A stretch of DNA of 64,000 nt from the NCBI GenBank assembly GCA_051294375.1, contig CM119264.1:15773473-15837472 (forward strand), in the 5' to 3' direction. The notes beneath the pieces are model-generated. The model did no database searches. It saw only the letters and a list, made by a program, of their open reading frames with translations, and was not told the DNA's origin. This document shows positions 26,148 to 40,556 of the stretch, piece by piece. Positions within the stretch are counted from its first letter, which is position 1; each line of letters begins with the position of its first letter. This DNA is from Paraspadella gotoi (lineage: Eukaryota; Animalia; Chaetognatha). The position numbers and the translations under genes are program-made.

Positions 26148-27004
26148 GTAGAAAAAAAGTTTGAATTTGTTTGCAACAACGATTTTATTAGTAAATTGGG
26201 ACGTACATGTTTTGGCTTTAGTTACAAGCCTTCTTCAGCGCCATAGAAAAATTGTTTGTGAATTTTTACAAATTATTTGTGCAAAGGAAAAGTAAGAGTG
26301 AGAGAGAGAGAGAGAGAGAGACAGAGAGAGGGCAAAGTTTCCAACACAGAGTTGAGAAAAAGAATAGTGGTCAGATGTGAGGACAGGTTTCGACCACATC
26401 GTCACTACCTCTCATTTGCTTCAACCAAAGGGGGCCAGCTCATTTTGAGCTCTTTCTTAATTCTTAAATTTCACTTTCCACATTAATATCTTCCAAACTT
26501 AATTCTCATTTCAATTTCACTGTTTTATACTCAATTATTTATTAAGTAGTTTAATGTTAAAATATTTATTTCACTGTTAGTTTAAATCATTTATCTCTGT
26601 TGTACATTGCACAATGTATTGTTACTAATGTTCCTTTTTCTTTCTTTCTCTCTCTCTCTCTCTCTCTCTCTCAAAATATTCACCACTTAATTTCTTTTCA
26701 CAGTCTAGCTCAATCTGTCTTCACCTTAACCTGTCCTCACATCTGACCACTATTCTTTTTCTCAATTCTGTGTTCGAAACTTTGCCCTCTCTCTGTCTCT
26801 CTCTCTCTCTCTTACTCTTACTTTTCCTTTGCACAAATAATTTGTAAAAATTTATAAACAATTTTTCTATGGCGCTGAAGAAGGCTAGTAACTAAAGCCG
26901 AAACATGTACGTCCCTATGTACTAATAAAATTGTTGTTGCAAACAAATTCAAACTTTTTTCTACTAATTCAAACACAACGAAAAGAAAGGAAATTCGCTA
27001 TGCC
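26148..27004 (+). mobile_element. Non-autonomous PLE insertion: inverted partial pLTR + 3' body + pLTR + tail
   Basis: ~240-bp inverted arms (26146-26389 and 26728-26967), hammerheads at ~26200-26242 (-) and 26871-26914 (+), tail ACAACGAAAAGAAAGG, TSD TAAGCAATTCTTA (26135-26147, 27005-27017). Confidence 0.85.
26871..26914 (+). ncRNA. Minimal hammerhead ribozyme (CUGAAGA core, GUA triplet)
   Basis: ggcg CTGAAGA aggct agtaacta aagcc GAAAC ATGTA cgtc; helix I ggcg/cgtc. Confidence 0.75.
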
Positions 27005-28604
27005 TAAGCAATTCTTATATCTTATATTGGTTGTACCAATTTCATATTGTTAAATATTAAAATGCTTCCATGCCTGAGGAAAATTTAAAATTTAATCAAA
27101 ATTTAATATCATAAGTCAATTTTGCTTGAAAAGGACAAAAGACTTTTATTGCAGACTTCTTCATATTGTAAAAAATGTTAAATTTTGGCCCGCCTTATTA
27201 TCCATTCATTCAATAAATAAGCCATCTTGCCCCTGGCTTTGGTCAGGCTTTGGTGGTTTAAGGCCTCCATCACTCTTACAAGATAATGCATAACAGGTCC
27301 CTGCAAGCTTTCAATCAAAACTCTCTCACAGTCTCCTATAATCACTCCCAGAGTACCTGTATCAATGAAGTGGTATAATATTTTAAAGAATGTTTCAATT
27401 GTATGAAAAGACCACTCACTCAAGTATTAGATCGGGGAATACTATATTGTTAGGACTAAGCTCTGACGAAAAAAGTCAAAGGTTTTTTTAATATATTCTT
27501 TGGCCGGCCAATGTAGAATGATGGCAATATTGCTATTTTTAAGTTTCAAAAAAATCCGACCATAAATATAGAAAATATTAACCAAAATCTTCGGAAAATC
27601 CACCCCTTCTTTGGAAGATTTTCGCCATATAAGATTTTTTCCGAATCTGACTCCCGGTTGAAAACTCTTAGAATTCCGATCGTTAGCTCCTCTTTTACTT
27701 TTACTTTAAATAAAAATTTCACCAAAATGGACTAATTCATTTTACCATGATCCTATCATATTAAAATAACCAAATAAAATGTAAAGAAAAATTTTGAGAG
27801 CCCTTCAGATATATGGCTATCGGATTCCTGAATTCGAAGTTTATTGTAAAATGACAACATACCTTAAATGCGTTGACATTGTATTGAAGTTGAGAAATCC
27901 CTTTATTTTATATATAAAAATTGCATCAAAAATATTTTCCCGAGTGGACCAGTCCATTTGAATCGGATGGTTCGATGTCAAAATGATGGTTATTTGTCAA
28001 GAGAAAAAAAATGCGAGCCCTTGAGATGTAACAGGATCGGAATTGAGTGTTTTTACATCTATTTTTTACCTGAATTTTTGCCAGGGGCGTTGACATTATT
28101 TGGTAGTCAGATTTTAACGAAAATCTCCATTGAAAAAGTCTTCCTCGATTTCTAAGAACGACGTAGACTCCTAATATTGTACTCCGCCCATCATCAAAAT
28201 ACAAGAAGCTGAATTTTATGAAATTGGTACAACCAATATAGAAATTATCTGTTCATTTAATAAATAAGCTATCTTGCCCCTGACTTTGGACAATGGACAG
28301 ACTTTGGTGGTTTAAGGCCTCCATCACTCTTATAAGATATTTGATATTTTTTATTTGATATATAATATTTTAATGTTAAAGCAGCAAAAAAGGACAAAAA
28401 CGTTTTATCATATAATAGTTTTTACTACAACTGATGAAGACCCGCAAAAACATAAGAGTCAAAACATGTCCAAATTAATAAATTCACTTGTTGTTATAAT
28501 GAAATTTTCGTTTTATAAACAAAAAAGAAAGTTCGAATACAGAGACTGAAAAAGTGAAGAATTTTGACCTTTTCTTCCACTTTTTAATATTGAATTTCCG
28601 TTAA

Positions 28605-29703
28605 GGTCCGGGATCACTCAATTCAAATTATAATTAGGCTAAAACCGAGCTCGGATTTCGAAAGAAAAGCTCCTGACGATTCCGAAAATGTATTCACTTT
28701 ACTATTTTTTCAAAGGCGTAGTCGTTTTTTTGATTTTTTTTGTACTATATAAAATAAAAGAAACCTATTTGAAGAGTTGCAGCCCAAACGGTAAGTCGGT
28801 TTCTCATGAAATTTGGCATGAATTACCTTTAGGTCACGGACTCCAATTCTATGAAAAGATACTTTCAAAATTTGCATTCCTTCATAGAAAATTTGATTAT
28901 ATTAATCATTTTTTGGGATTAATTCCTTGATATATTTGAAACAAAAAACGTTTTTCCAAAAACGCGCTCATAGAATCTCCCCACCTTTCCTTTCTTGCCC
29001 AAGATATTTTTTTCTTCAAGAAGAGTCCCACGGTTTGAGCTGCAACTCTTCGTTTTTAACTTCTCTTCGTCAAGAAAGTTAAATTCTTTACTCATTACTC
29101 TTGCAAGATTCACCAAAACATACACAAGCACGGGATGTGATGATGGAGTTTGTTTAACTCCGATGTCTTAAAAAAATGGCTTACTGTTTTAAATTTTTTT
29201 AATCCAGATTTGAATTTTTTTTTCAGAGATTCCCGAGAAAATAGGGCAACTATTTTATGATATAAACATTTACATAAACTAAAAAGTCAAATTGAAATAA
29301 ATTCGAGAAGTTTTTTAACTAATAAAACTCATAAAAGCATAAAAACCCATCTGGAAATGTGTAGAGTAGTTTATCTTAGACTTATTAGTGATACAACTCT
29401 AAGTATGTACTTGCACCAAAAAGAATTAAATATAAGAAGTAGAAATTGAGCTTACTGTAAAAAATCAGTTTTAAGTTAAAAATTTGATTGTAGAATTTAG
29501 CTTACATTTAAAAAAATATATTTTTTTTGAAAATCTAGTTTTACCGAAGAAAAAATTTTGTTTAAATTTTTATGAACATTTTAGGTAGATTTTTAAAAGT
29601 TTTTGATTATTTTTTAATAGAAAACCTCCTATGGGATGCGAGAAAATGATTAAGATACAGTAAATTGAGATTTCTATAATTTTAGGTTGAGTGATCCCTG
29701 GCC
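28605..29703. mobile_element. Kolobok-like non-autonomous DNA transposon
   Basis: TIRs GGTCCGGGATCACTCAA / TTGAGTGATCCCTGGCC with TTAA on both sides (28601-28604, 29704-29707). A related end GAGTGATCCCAGGCC-TTAA terminates at 52981. Confidence 0.75.
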
Positions 29704-29824
29704 TTAACATGTTTTATATTTTTAGTCTAACTTTTTATGAGGAATCTGAATCTTTAATAACAATTTTTAAAAAAGACATTTCAAAAATTTATTATTTTAT
29801 AAGGATATAAATCCTTTCTTTGTT

Positions 29825-29867
29825 AACGCTGATGAAGGCTTGCAAGCAAAGCCGAAACATGTCTGTT
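29825..29867 (+). ncRNA. Minimal hammerhead ribozyme, intact core
   Basis: aacg CTGATGA aggctt gcaagc aaagcc GAAAC ATGTC tgtt; helix I aacg/tgtt. Confidence 0.8.
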
Positions 29868-30509
29868 TTATGCTAATAAGATCTAATCGTTGTCACACTA
29901 AATCAAATTTTCTTAAAGGATATTACTTCAAATATATTGTAATTTCTGTTTTGATCCCTTCAGAATTAAAACAAAACATTTCTTGTACTTGATAATTATA
30001 CCACTCCACATCATTGCAACATATCTATTCCAGTTCAATCACACAAAAAATTTCATTCCAATCTATCCAATCACGAGTAATCACGAGTAAGTTTTTTGCT
30101 AAGGGGGGGACGGATGGAAATCATTTTTTTTTTGCATAATTTATCATAATTCAATGTTCTGACATGATATTAGTGAATGACCAACAAGATTGAGGGGGCG
30201 GACCGACGGACAAACAAAGCGGATTATAGTCGGGATCTGGTGACTAGCAGATCCGATTAAAAAAAATTTATATATAATTAACTTGAGTTAAAAACTTTCT
30301 TTTCGTTGTGTAAAGATATTTGTGAAAAGTTTTAATCGAGTTTCAACGATTTTTATTTTCAAAGGAAAACGCACATGTTTCAGCTTTTATTTTAAGCCTT
30401 CATCAGCGTTATTTGAGTTTTGATAAACAGTTACAATCATGTACAAAAGAAGAGAGAGAGAGAGGCAAAAATATTTCCAACACCGAGTTGAGTAAAGGAG
30501 ATTGCTGTT

Positions 30510-31070
30510 GAAGAGCCGACCGCGCCCACCACAGCGCATCCGGAAGATAAACAGAAGCGCCCTAAGAATGTGGGTCACTTGTCCCTCCCCTACCACCAGG
30601 GGATCACTGAGTTATTGATGCGGGTGCTAGCCAAGCAGGGGATCCCCACCTCAGTGATGGCCCGCCGCTCTCTGCGTGAGCATTTGGTAAAACCGAAAGA
30701 TAAAATCCCCAGACGAAAAACTTCAGGAGCCGTCTATTGGGCAGCCTGTGCAGGGGCGGGCAACCAACCCTGGGCAGAAGCAAGACAGGCAAATCTCTAA
30801 CAGCAGCACACAAAGCCCTACCGAGACACCCGTGGGCATTACTTGTCCGCTATAGCAGAACACAGGGCAAATACGGGCCATGAATTTAGAGAAACAGACT
30901 GTCTCGAGCTGTCCCATGACCGAAGCTGGTTCTCAAGAAGTATTAAAGAGGCAATCTATATCAAGGCTCTCAAGCCCTCTTTGAATCGTGATGAAGGACG
31001 ATTCGACCTCCCTTCAAGCTATGATTCGCTTATCAAAAGCGTGGTGGAGGCTCTAACACCACGTTCGCAC
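30510..31070 (+). pseudogene. PLE ORF remnant: RT thumb/linker and GIY-YIG endonuclease
   Basis: LSLPYHQGITELLMRVL...LVKPKDKIP...SGAVYWAAC, then after a deletion or frameshift SAIAEHRANTGHEF...RSIKEAIYIKALKPSLNRDEG. These are typical Penelope/Poseidon-type motifs. Confidence 0.9.
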
Positions 31071-31566
31071 AATGATTCCCTTCTCTCCACTCAACGAGAT
31101 AGGCGGAGATCCTTGCGTAGGCAATGGGCAGTCGATGCCTCTCCTTCAACTGCAGCAACTTATTCCCTCCCTCTGGGGAATGAGCGCTGCCCAAAACGTC
31201 AGCTGCAGGAGGAAGGGGAGGAGTCCACCACTCCTGTCACAAAAGCGGCAAGAGCGGACAACCGCTCACCTCGCCAGCAGGCGGGAAGAGGGCAGTCAGC
31301 AGGCGTATCAGGCCAGAGAGACATTCGGGTAGCCCTAGGTGTTAATAGGACTAAATCTGTAGGGATATGGTTAGAGCCGTTGAAAGATGTAATGACTATT
31401 GTGGTTTATCATGGAAAGGGATGGCAAAGGTTGGGTTTGGGTTGGTAGGGGTGATTTAATTCAAGCAAATTTTGCAGATGTTTTTGCAGGAATAAGGGCA
31501 AGGCTGGCTGTTTGGAAAGGAAGACCTTTGTCGTCATTGGGGAAAGCTAAGGTTATAAATGTTTAC

Positions 31567-33812
31567 TAGACACATTTTTTTCCGCTGAAAATTGTCATGG
31601 AGTTATGGAAAAGGTGTCATTCTTTTCGTATTTTAGAGCTATACAAAATAAATGCATTTTTCGTACATTTTTTTTAATATCTCGCCACGGGCGTCAAAAA
31701 AATTGATTTTCAGAAATTTCTGAGGTTTTTCATAAAATTTTTTAGATAATTATAAAAATAATGATAAAATTTGTATTATCTGTTATACGTAAATGTTGTC
31801 TGAAATATTTAATTGTAATTTAAATAACATCAAACCGTTATTGGGAATTTTTAATAATATATTAAAACCGGAAGTTAAGTTATTGGCATGAACTTTTTTT
31901 AAAAGCGAAAAATTGAGATCACAGATTCAAATACTTTTAATTGCTTCAAGAAAACTGGCAAAGACCAAGTTTTAAAAATTAAAATAATAATAGATTTCAT
32001 AACAAAAAAATCAGTAAAAAAGGGCCATAGATAAAATTGTGACCAAAATGGCCGCTGCCGTTTTAAAGTTTTAAAAGTTTAAAAGTTTTAAACTTTTTTG
32101 CTTTGGGGTGGTTGCGACAGGTCGCGTGGATGCATATCATATCCCTGCAAAAGTCCTCGAATTTGCTTAGGATTATAGGTAATTGCAGTTCGAGTCACTT
32201 TTATATTGATTGGTTTTGATTTGACTTGGAAATGAGCGGAGAAAGTTGCCTTCAAAATCGTTATTGATTTTAGAATTTAAATCTTCTTGTCTAACTTTCT
32301 GAAAAGTTGTTTAAAAAAATTTACATAATTTCTTCTGAAAGCTCTTGAAAATATGAAGAAAATGGTATTATTAAAAATACTGTAATATGAAAATTAGCCT
32401 ATCCAGTTTTAAATAAACAAGTTTGAGCAAACAATGTCGGATCTGCCTACGATAATTAATTAATCGATTAATTAATTAATTTTAATATGTAATAATTAAT
32501 TTTAAATTTATATTCAACATATCATCATCGATGTCCTTAAAATTGGGTTAGGACAGTTATTAAATATGTTTTGTTTACATTTTATCAAAACAAACAAATA
32601 TCCTTTATTTTATTTTATGTCTCTTTGTCTCTCTCACTCTCTCTCTCTCTCTCTCTCTCTTTATGCAATTGCGACGATCTTTATGCTTTTAAGATTTTTT
32701 AAACTTGCATCATTTTTTCACATTAATTAATTAATTAACTAATTAATTAATTAAAACATTTATTAGTAATCATTAATATTAAAGATTCAAGTAAATGTGA
32801 CTTATGTTTTTTCCATCTAAACTCATTTCCACTGGCTCAATTCCGTCAAAACTTTATATAATTATTATATATTAATAAATATTTAAAAGCTTCAGTGCAA
32901 CAACCCAATGAACTAAATCAAAAAGTTACATTGAAAATCGATTTAGTAGTAAAAGGGAAAAAAAAAATTTTAAAGAGAACTAGAAGTTATAAAAAGTGTT
33001 CAATTTTGGCCCGCCTTACTAGATATTAGGCCGGAACAGGTTGAAAACTAAAAGTTCTCTCAAATGGTTAATGGTTAAGCGACTATTAAATAATATGAAA
33101 TGAAAATAATTTTTAAAATTTTGCTTCATTTTTTTTTATAGATTCTGATAGAGCTTTAAAAGTTAGATAAAGGTTATTAATACAACTTTTTTTTTTTGTT
33201 TTATTAATGAAAATTTTAAAAAAATAAAATTCAGCCAATAATGATGATGATGATGATTTTTTAAAGGTTTTTTCTATTTTTAACCAATTTATTGTCAAAA
33301 TTTGAAAAAATTATAGTACTAACTTTCATTTAACTTTTTAAGCTCTACAAGAATCCGTTCTTAAAAAAATCTAATTTTTAAAATTTATTTTTGTCATTTG
33401 TTATATATTAATAAATATTTAAAAGCTTCAGTGCAACAACCCAATGAACTAATTCAAAAAGTTACATTGAAAATCGATTTAGTAGTAGAAGGAAAAAAGA
33501 AATTTTTTTGAGAGAACTAGAAGTTATATAAAGTGTTCAATTTTGGCCCGCCTTACTAGATATATTGCATGTGATTAAACAATGTTATCGGAATAATAAT
33601 TTTATCAATTTTATGTATTTTGTAAGTATTTTAATTGTTTTTATTCAGTGAGTAAAATAACTTTTTTATTCGCTAATTTTTATTTCGGACTCTCTCTCTT
33701 TCTTTCTCTCTCTCTCTTTGCAATTGCAACGATCCTTATGGTCATTTTTCTGCTCTCTCTCTCTCTCTCTCTCTTTGCAATTGCGACGATCCTATGTTCA
33801 TTTTTCTGCTCT

Positions 33813-33856
<44 letters not shown>

Positions 33857-36539
33857 TAATAAAGATTCAAGTAAATGTGACTTATGCTTTTTCCATTTAA
33901 ACTCATTTCCACTGGCACACTTTCCTACCCGCTCACAAAATTTCATCTCTAATCTATTATGGGTTAAAATAAGTAAAAAGATTCAAGTAAATGTGACTCA
34001 TATTTTTTTCATTTAAACTCTATTTCCACTGTACGTTTCCACCGAAACTTTATATCAAGCAGTCGTTACACATTTTTCTACCCACACAAAAAATTTGAAC
34101 TCAATCTATCCATCCAATTATGATTAATTAGAGTACTTATTGTTAAAATAATAAAAATATTTTAGTAAATGCGACTTATGTGTTTTTCCACTCTTAAACT
34201 CTCATCACACGATTCCGTCGAAAACTTTATATCCAGCTTTATCACATCACTTTCCTACCCACACACAAAATTTCATTCCAATCCAACCAGCAATCACGAG
34301 TATTGGAGCTTTTTTGCTAAGGTGGGACGGATGGACGGATTGATTGATCTGATTAATTAATTATTGATAATTATTCTGAATGATTAATTAACTGATTAAT
34401 TATTTGATTAATTAATACATCCTGCATATACATTTAATATAAAGGAAAAAGAATCATAATCAATTAGTGAAACAGGTTTTTTGTGTTTTTTCCATTTAAA
34501 CTCATTTCCACTCAAGATCCATCGAACTTGGTTTCCTGTTCAATCACACACTTTTCTACTCACATACAAAATTCCAGGTCAATCGATAATTAAGTGGTAA
34601 TAAGCTAACTTGTTCAACTTGCAATAATAAATCAACTTGCATAATTTGGTCAACTGACATAATTTTAGGATTGGCAACTGACATAGTATTGGTCTACTAC
34701 ATAATGTGGTCAACTGACATAATTTGGTCAACTGACATTAATTTGATCAATTAAGAATAATTTGGTCAACCGGCATAATTTGGTCAACTAGCATATAATT
34801 TGGTCAACTGGCATAATTTGGTCAACTGGCATGATTTTGGTCAACAGGCATAATTTGGTCAACAGGCATAATTTGATCAACTTTAAGAATTTGGTCAACT
34901 GGCATATTTTTGTCAATTGGCATAATTTGGTCAATCAAATCAATCAATCAGAGAGAGATAGAGATGAGAAACTTTAAAAATTCAAATAAATGTGTCTTTT
35001 GGTTTTCTAATTTGAACTTTTTCCACTCCTACGATTCCATCAAAAATTTATATCCAGCTTTATCACATACTTTCGCTACCCGCACACAAATTCATTTCGA
35101 TTTATCTATCCAATTTTTAATAAACATATATAATTATGATAAATTTAAGTAAAAATACTTCAAGTAAATATGACTTTTGTTTTTTTCCATTTTAACTCAT
35201 TTCCACTCGCACGATTCCATCAAAACTTTATATCCAGCTCAATCACACACTTTCCTACCAATCATACAATTTCAAGTCAATTGCCCTATCTTCTCTATGA
35301 GCAATTGACGTTCAAATAGTGAAATATATTTTTTTGGTTTTTTTCCATTTAAACCGCATTTCCACGTCGCACGATTCCCATCGAAACTTCATATCCATCT
35401 CCAATCACACAGTTTCCTACCCACACACAAAATTTCAATAACCAATCCATCCATCAATCACGAGTAATTGGAGTTTTTTGGCTAAGTGTGGTACGGATGG
35501 GACGGACGGACAGACACACGGACGGACGGACATCGTTTTTTTGCATAATTTATCATAATTCGATGTTCTGACATGACATAAGTGTGTGCCCGACAATATT
35601 GAGGGGGCGGACTGACGGACCGACAAAGTGAGTTATAGAGTCGGGATCTGCTGATAAGCAGATCCGACTAAAAAAGAATCAAAACGAAGAGAATTATTAA
35701 ATTAACATTGCCAAAGAGCAAGTTCGGAATAATTATTAAATTATTGTTATTAATATTATTATTTAGTCTTTCTCAAGATTTTTTTTATACAATAATACAA
35801 TAAATAATATAATACAAACAATAATTATAATAAAAATAGGTCAGATATTTAAAAAAAATATATTTTAGGATTTTATTATTTTAATTTTCATTACCTTGGC
35901 TAAATTAAAGCTGGTTAGGCTTATTTAAATTATAACCAATCAATATGAAATTTGGATATATAAATCATTTTGATTTTTATTACAAAATTCAGATTCAGAT
36001 TAAAAAAATCTTCATAGGTTTGAAAATACAATTTCTTTTTAGCGGAGAGTTTTAGTGTGTCATCTTGTATAGGAAAAAAAACTTTAAAAAAGAATTGAAT
36101 CATTAGATACATATATTTAAATAAAATTACAAAATTAACTAGCTTTCTTTTGGTTTTTTTTTGGGTCAAACTTCTTAAGTTAAAATTTTTATGAAAATAA
36201 AACGGTTTTTGGGAGTCACTTCCGGTCTACGGCTTTTTTCCGGTTTAAAAATACTGATATAATGCAAATATAAATCTTATAAAGATTTTTTATTGGAATA
36301 CATCTATTAAATCAGAAAATATCATTGAAAAAATATTCAAAATTGGCTATTATCACAAGAAAATAAAAAAAATTACCAAAAATCGATAAATTTGACGCTC
36401 GTGGCACTGACGCTCCTGGGAGAGGCGAGATGTATTGAAAAAAACTGCAAGGTTTTTTTTCTTAAATAAGGTTTAAATACGAACAGAATGACACCTTTTT
36501 GGAGACTATGACCACTTTCCGCGGAAAAAAATGTGTCTA
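31567..36539. mobile_element. hAT element (same family as 1163-2554) carrying a nested HINE
   Basis: Same TIRs and a perfect 8-bp TSD ATGTTTAC (31559-31566, 36540-36547). Lacks the ~480-bp coding-like segment of the first copy. Confidence 0.9.
32416..35670 (-). mobile_element. HINE family 1, 3.25-kb copy
   Basis: Both termini present (AACAAGTTTGAGCAAACAATGTCGGATCTGCC ... GTCGGGATCTGCTGATAAGCAGATCCGACTA). Inverted homologue of 38716-41919. Confidence 0.85.
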
Positions 36540-38715
36540 ATGTTTACCTCTATTCAACATTGTGGTATAGAACTGAGTTATTGACACCACCATGGGGAGA
36601 CAGAAAATTTAGAAAGGGAGGTTTTAGATTGAATATTTTCTGCTAGAAAACAGGAGATAGGAAAGGATAGGTTAAAGGATTCATATATAAACGGGGGAGC
36701 ACAATTAATGGATGTTAAGGATAAGGTTAAAGCTCAGAGAATAATGTGGATCAAGAGACTTTTTGCGATGCCAGTTGGGTCTTTCCCTAGGGTTGTTGCA
36801 GGAGAATTAATTGGCTCGCAGCAGGCAGGATATCATTTAGAGTTTTGGAGGCAGGGATAAGATTAGAAGTCAATGGATTTTATTCTGAGGCAGTGAGAGC
36901 TTGGCTGGGCCTGGGTGCTAAATTTGAGCCAGGGAATCTGCTCACTGAAAACTATGATTTATTTTATAATGTGAATGTGACTGATGTTAATGGAGAAATT
37001 TTAAGGCCAGTTGGTGCTCTTTTGAATGCAGTGTTTGCACACAATGTGAGGACAGTTGGACAATTCCTAAATATGCCAATTAGTGATACTCCTCGGAGAC
37101 AAAAATGTTTGACCTGCAATGCGAGATAAGAAAAAAATTAGAAAATGTTGTTCCAAATGATCATCCATCTGATTTTGTTTTAATGTACAGGGAGAAGTTA
37201 AACGGGTTGGAAAGATTATGGCTAAGATGAAAAGTTATAGTTATTAAGCATTATGAATCTAAATGGGAAGGTGTCCTTGGAGTTGAGTTAAAAAGATGAC
37301 TGGAGAGGCATTTGGGGTGCTCTAATATGCTCTAGATCCTCAAGGTCTCTAGGTCAGCTGTGTGGCGACAGAATGGATTAAATTTTTGAACGTCATATAT
37401 GCATGGTGCTTATTTGGATATGGGTAATGGCATTTGTCAGTTGTCTGGTGTTTTAGAAAGAGAGAGATGGCATATAGTGTTAGAGTGTGAAGTTGTGGTA
37501 AGGTTATGGGAAAAACTGAGTGTGATGCTAATGAAGCTAGATGACAAGAATTGATAAAAGGGAGTTGGGTTTGGGATTAACAGGAAGAGGAGCTAAAATT
37601 AATCTTAGGAATAGGCGAGGGTATACTTTAAGGTCTATAATTTTATTGATGAGAGGGAAAAGGATTAGAAGTGTAGAGTTGGCAGTTGAAAAGTTGTGGA
37701 ATGTTTTTGTTTCAAAATTAAAAAAGGAATTGGAAGAAGAATTGTGGGTGGTAAAGTTTAATGGGAGATTGAGGAGTTTTGAGAAGGGAGTTTTGTTTGG
37801 AGAGATTCTGGGTAAGATGAATGAGGAGACGGGTAAATTGGGGTAATTTAGTAAAAAAAGGGCAAGGGTTAGTTATTGGAATTTATTCTAGTAATTTGGT
37901 ATGTATTGAGTATTGGGTATTGAAAAGTGAGGATTAAGAATTAAGATTTAAGAATTCATAAAGGATTAAGAATTAAGGATTAAAAATTCATAAACTTAGT
38001 ATATAATAATGGTGTGATAATGGTAATAAAAATAACAATTGTGACATTAGTAATAAAAGTATTTTAGTAATAATAATAATAATAGTTTTATACTAATAAT
38101 CTTAGTAATAATAATAATAAAATAATAATGATAAAAATAATAATTGTAATAATGATAAAAATAATAATAGTATTGTTAATGATAAGAATAATAATAATTA
38201 GAAACGAGGGTAATTCCAATAATTTTAATCTGGTACTTATGTTTTTCTATTTATGACCAGTCTTAAAATAAAATTGATAAGTTTCTGTCTATGACTTAAA
38301 AAAAAAAAAGCAATGGCCGAGTGTAAATGTTAGGAACCATAATGATAATATTTACTCGTGATTTTCTTTGGTATACTTAATACTTTTCCAATGTCCGCGA
38401 TTGATCCTTAATTATTGAATTTTATGAAATTTTCTTTTTATTTTTAGTGCTATTAGTGCAATTAGTCTTGTTCAATTGCTTATTTATCGTTGGAATGTCA
38501 AAATGTTTCTTTTATCGTTTTAACTGTCAAATTGTTTCTTTTATTTCAGAAAAAAAAGGAAGTCTCCCAAGCCCCACACTAACAAGCTCGATACAACTGT
38601 CATCTCAGCCTATGACACGTCAATGACCCGGCCTCATCGATCTGACCTCTCATTTGCACAACCAAGGGGGGCCAGCTCTTTTTGATCTCTATCTTAATTC
38701 TTAAAATTTCATTTT

Positions 38716-40525
38716 TAGTCGGGTCTGCTTATCAGCAGATCCCACGCGCTCGTATAACTCACTTGTCGGTCCGTCGGTCCGCCCCCTTAATATTGTCGGG
38801 CACACACTTATATCATGTCAGAACATCGAATTATGATAAATTATGCAAAAAAACGATGTCCGTCCGTCCGTCGCTGTCCGTCCCACCTTAGCAAAAACTC
38901 CAATTACTCGTGATTGGATGGATGGATTGGTATGAAATTTTTGTGTGGGTAGGAACTGTGTGATTGAGCTGGATATGAGTTTCGAGGGAATCGTGCGAGT
39001 GAAATGAGTTAAAATGGAAAAAACAAAAGTCATATTTACTTGAAGTATTTTACTTAATGTTTATTAAAAATTGGATAGATAAATCGAAATGGAATTTTTG
39101 TGTGTGTGGTAGGAAAGTAGTGTGATAAAGCTGGATATAAATTTTTTTGATGGAATCGTAGGAGTGGAAAAAGTTCAAATTAGAAAACCAAAAGACACAT
39201 TTATTTGAAATTTTTAAAGTTTCTCTCTCTATCTCTCTTGATTGATTGATTGATTGATTGACCAAATTATGCCAATTGACAAAAATATGCCAGTTGACCA
39301 TTCTTAAAGTTGACCAAATTATGCCAGTTGACCAAATTCTGCAAGTTCATCAAGTTCTGCAAGTTGACCAAAATTATCCTGTTGACCAAATTAGGCCAGT
39401 TGACCAAATTAGGCCAGTTGATAAAATTATGCCAGTTGACCAAATTATGCCTGTGACCAAATTTTCTTAATTGATCAAATTATGTCAGTTGACCAAATTA
39501 TGTCAGTTGACCAAATTATGTCAGTAGACCAATTATTGTCAGTTAACCAAATTATGTCAGTTAACCAAATTTGTTGAACCAAATATGAAAGTTAATTAAA
39601 TTATGCAAGTTGACCATAGCTTTAGCTTCATTACTACACTTAATTATCGATTGACCTGGAAATTGTTTATGTATGTGAGTAGAAAAGTGTGTGATTGAAC
39701 AGGAAACCAAGTTTCGAGTGGAAATGACTTTAAATGGAAAAACACAAAAACCTGTTTCACTAATTGATTATGATTCTTTTTCCTTTTATATTAAATGTAT
39801 ATGCAGGATGTATTAATAAATCAAATAATTAATCAGTTAATTAATCAATTAGTCAATTAATTAATCAGTCAATCAATCCGTCCATCCTCCCACCTTAGCA
39901 AAAAGCTCCAATAACTCGTGATTGTCTGGTTGGATTGGAATGAAATTTTGTGTGTGGGTAGGAAAGTGGTGTGATAAAGCTGGATATAAAGTTCGACGGA
40001 ATCGTGTGAATGGAAATGAGTTTAAGTGGAAAAACATAAGTCGCATTTACTAAAATATTTTTACTTATTTTAACTAATAAGTACTCTAATTAATCATAAT
40101 TGGATGGATAGATTGAGTTCAAATTTTTTGTGTGGGTAGAAAAATGTGTAACGCTGCTTGATATAAAGTTTCGGTGGAAACGTACGAGTGGAAATGAGTT
40201 TAAATGAAAAAATATTGAGTCACATTTACTTGAATCTTTTTTACTTATTTTAACCCATAATAGATTGAGATGAAATTTGTTGAGCGGGTAGGAAAGTGTT
40301 GTGAAGAAGCTAGATATAAAGTTTTGACGGAATTGTGCCAGTGTAAATGAGTTTAAATGGAAAAAACATAAGTCACATTTACTTGATCTTTATTAATTAT
40401 TTATTTATGATTACTAATTTATGATTACTAATAAATGTTTTAATTAATTAATTAATTAATTAATGTGAAAAATGATGCAATTTAAAAAAATCCTAAAAGC
40501 ATAAGGATCGTCGCAATTGCAAAGG

Positions 40526-40556
<31 letters not shown>

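Larger units (their letters stand above)
31341..38190 (+). mobile_element. 5'-truncated, decayed Tx1/L1-type LINE (pieces 31341-31566 and 36548-~38190)
   Basis: VNRTKSVGIWL...RLAVWKGRPLSSLGKAKVINVY continues across the hAT insertion as LYSTLWYRTE...GGAQLMDVKDKVKAQRIMWIKRL. C-terminal knuckle remnant ICQLSG...WHIVLECEVVVRLW (~37430-37510) and a (TAA)-rich tail. Confidence 0.8.

Noticed and set aside
33005-33025. GGCCCGCCTTACTAG as a canonical Helitron 3' end
   Set aside because: CTAG is followed by A rather than T, and there is no clear subterminal hairpin or 5' TC end.
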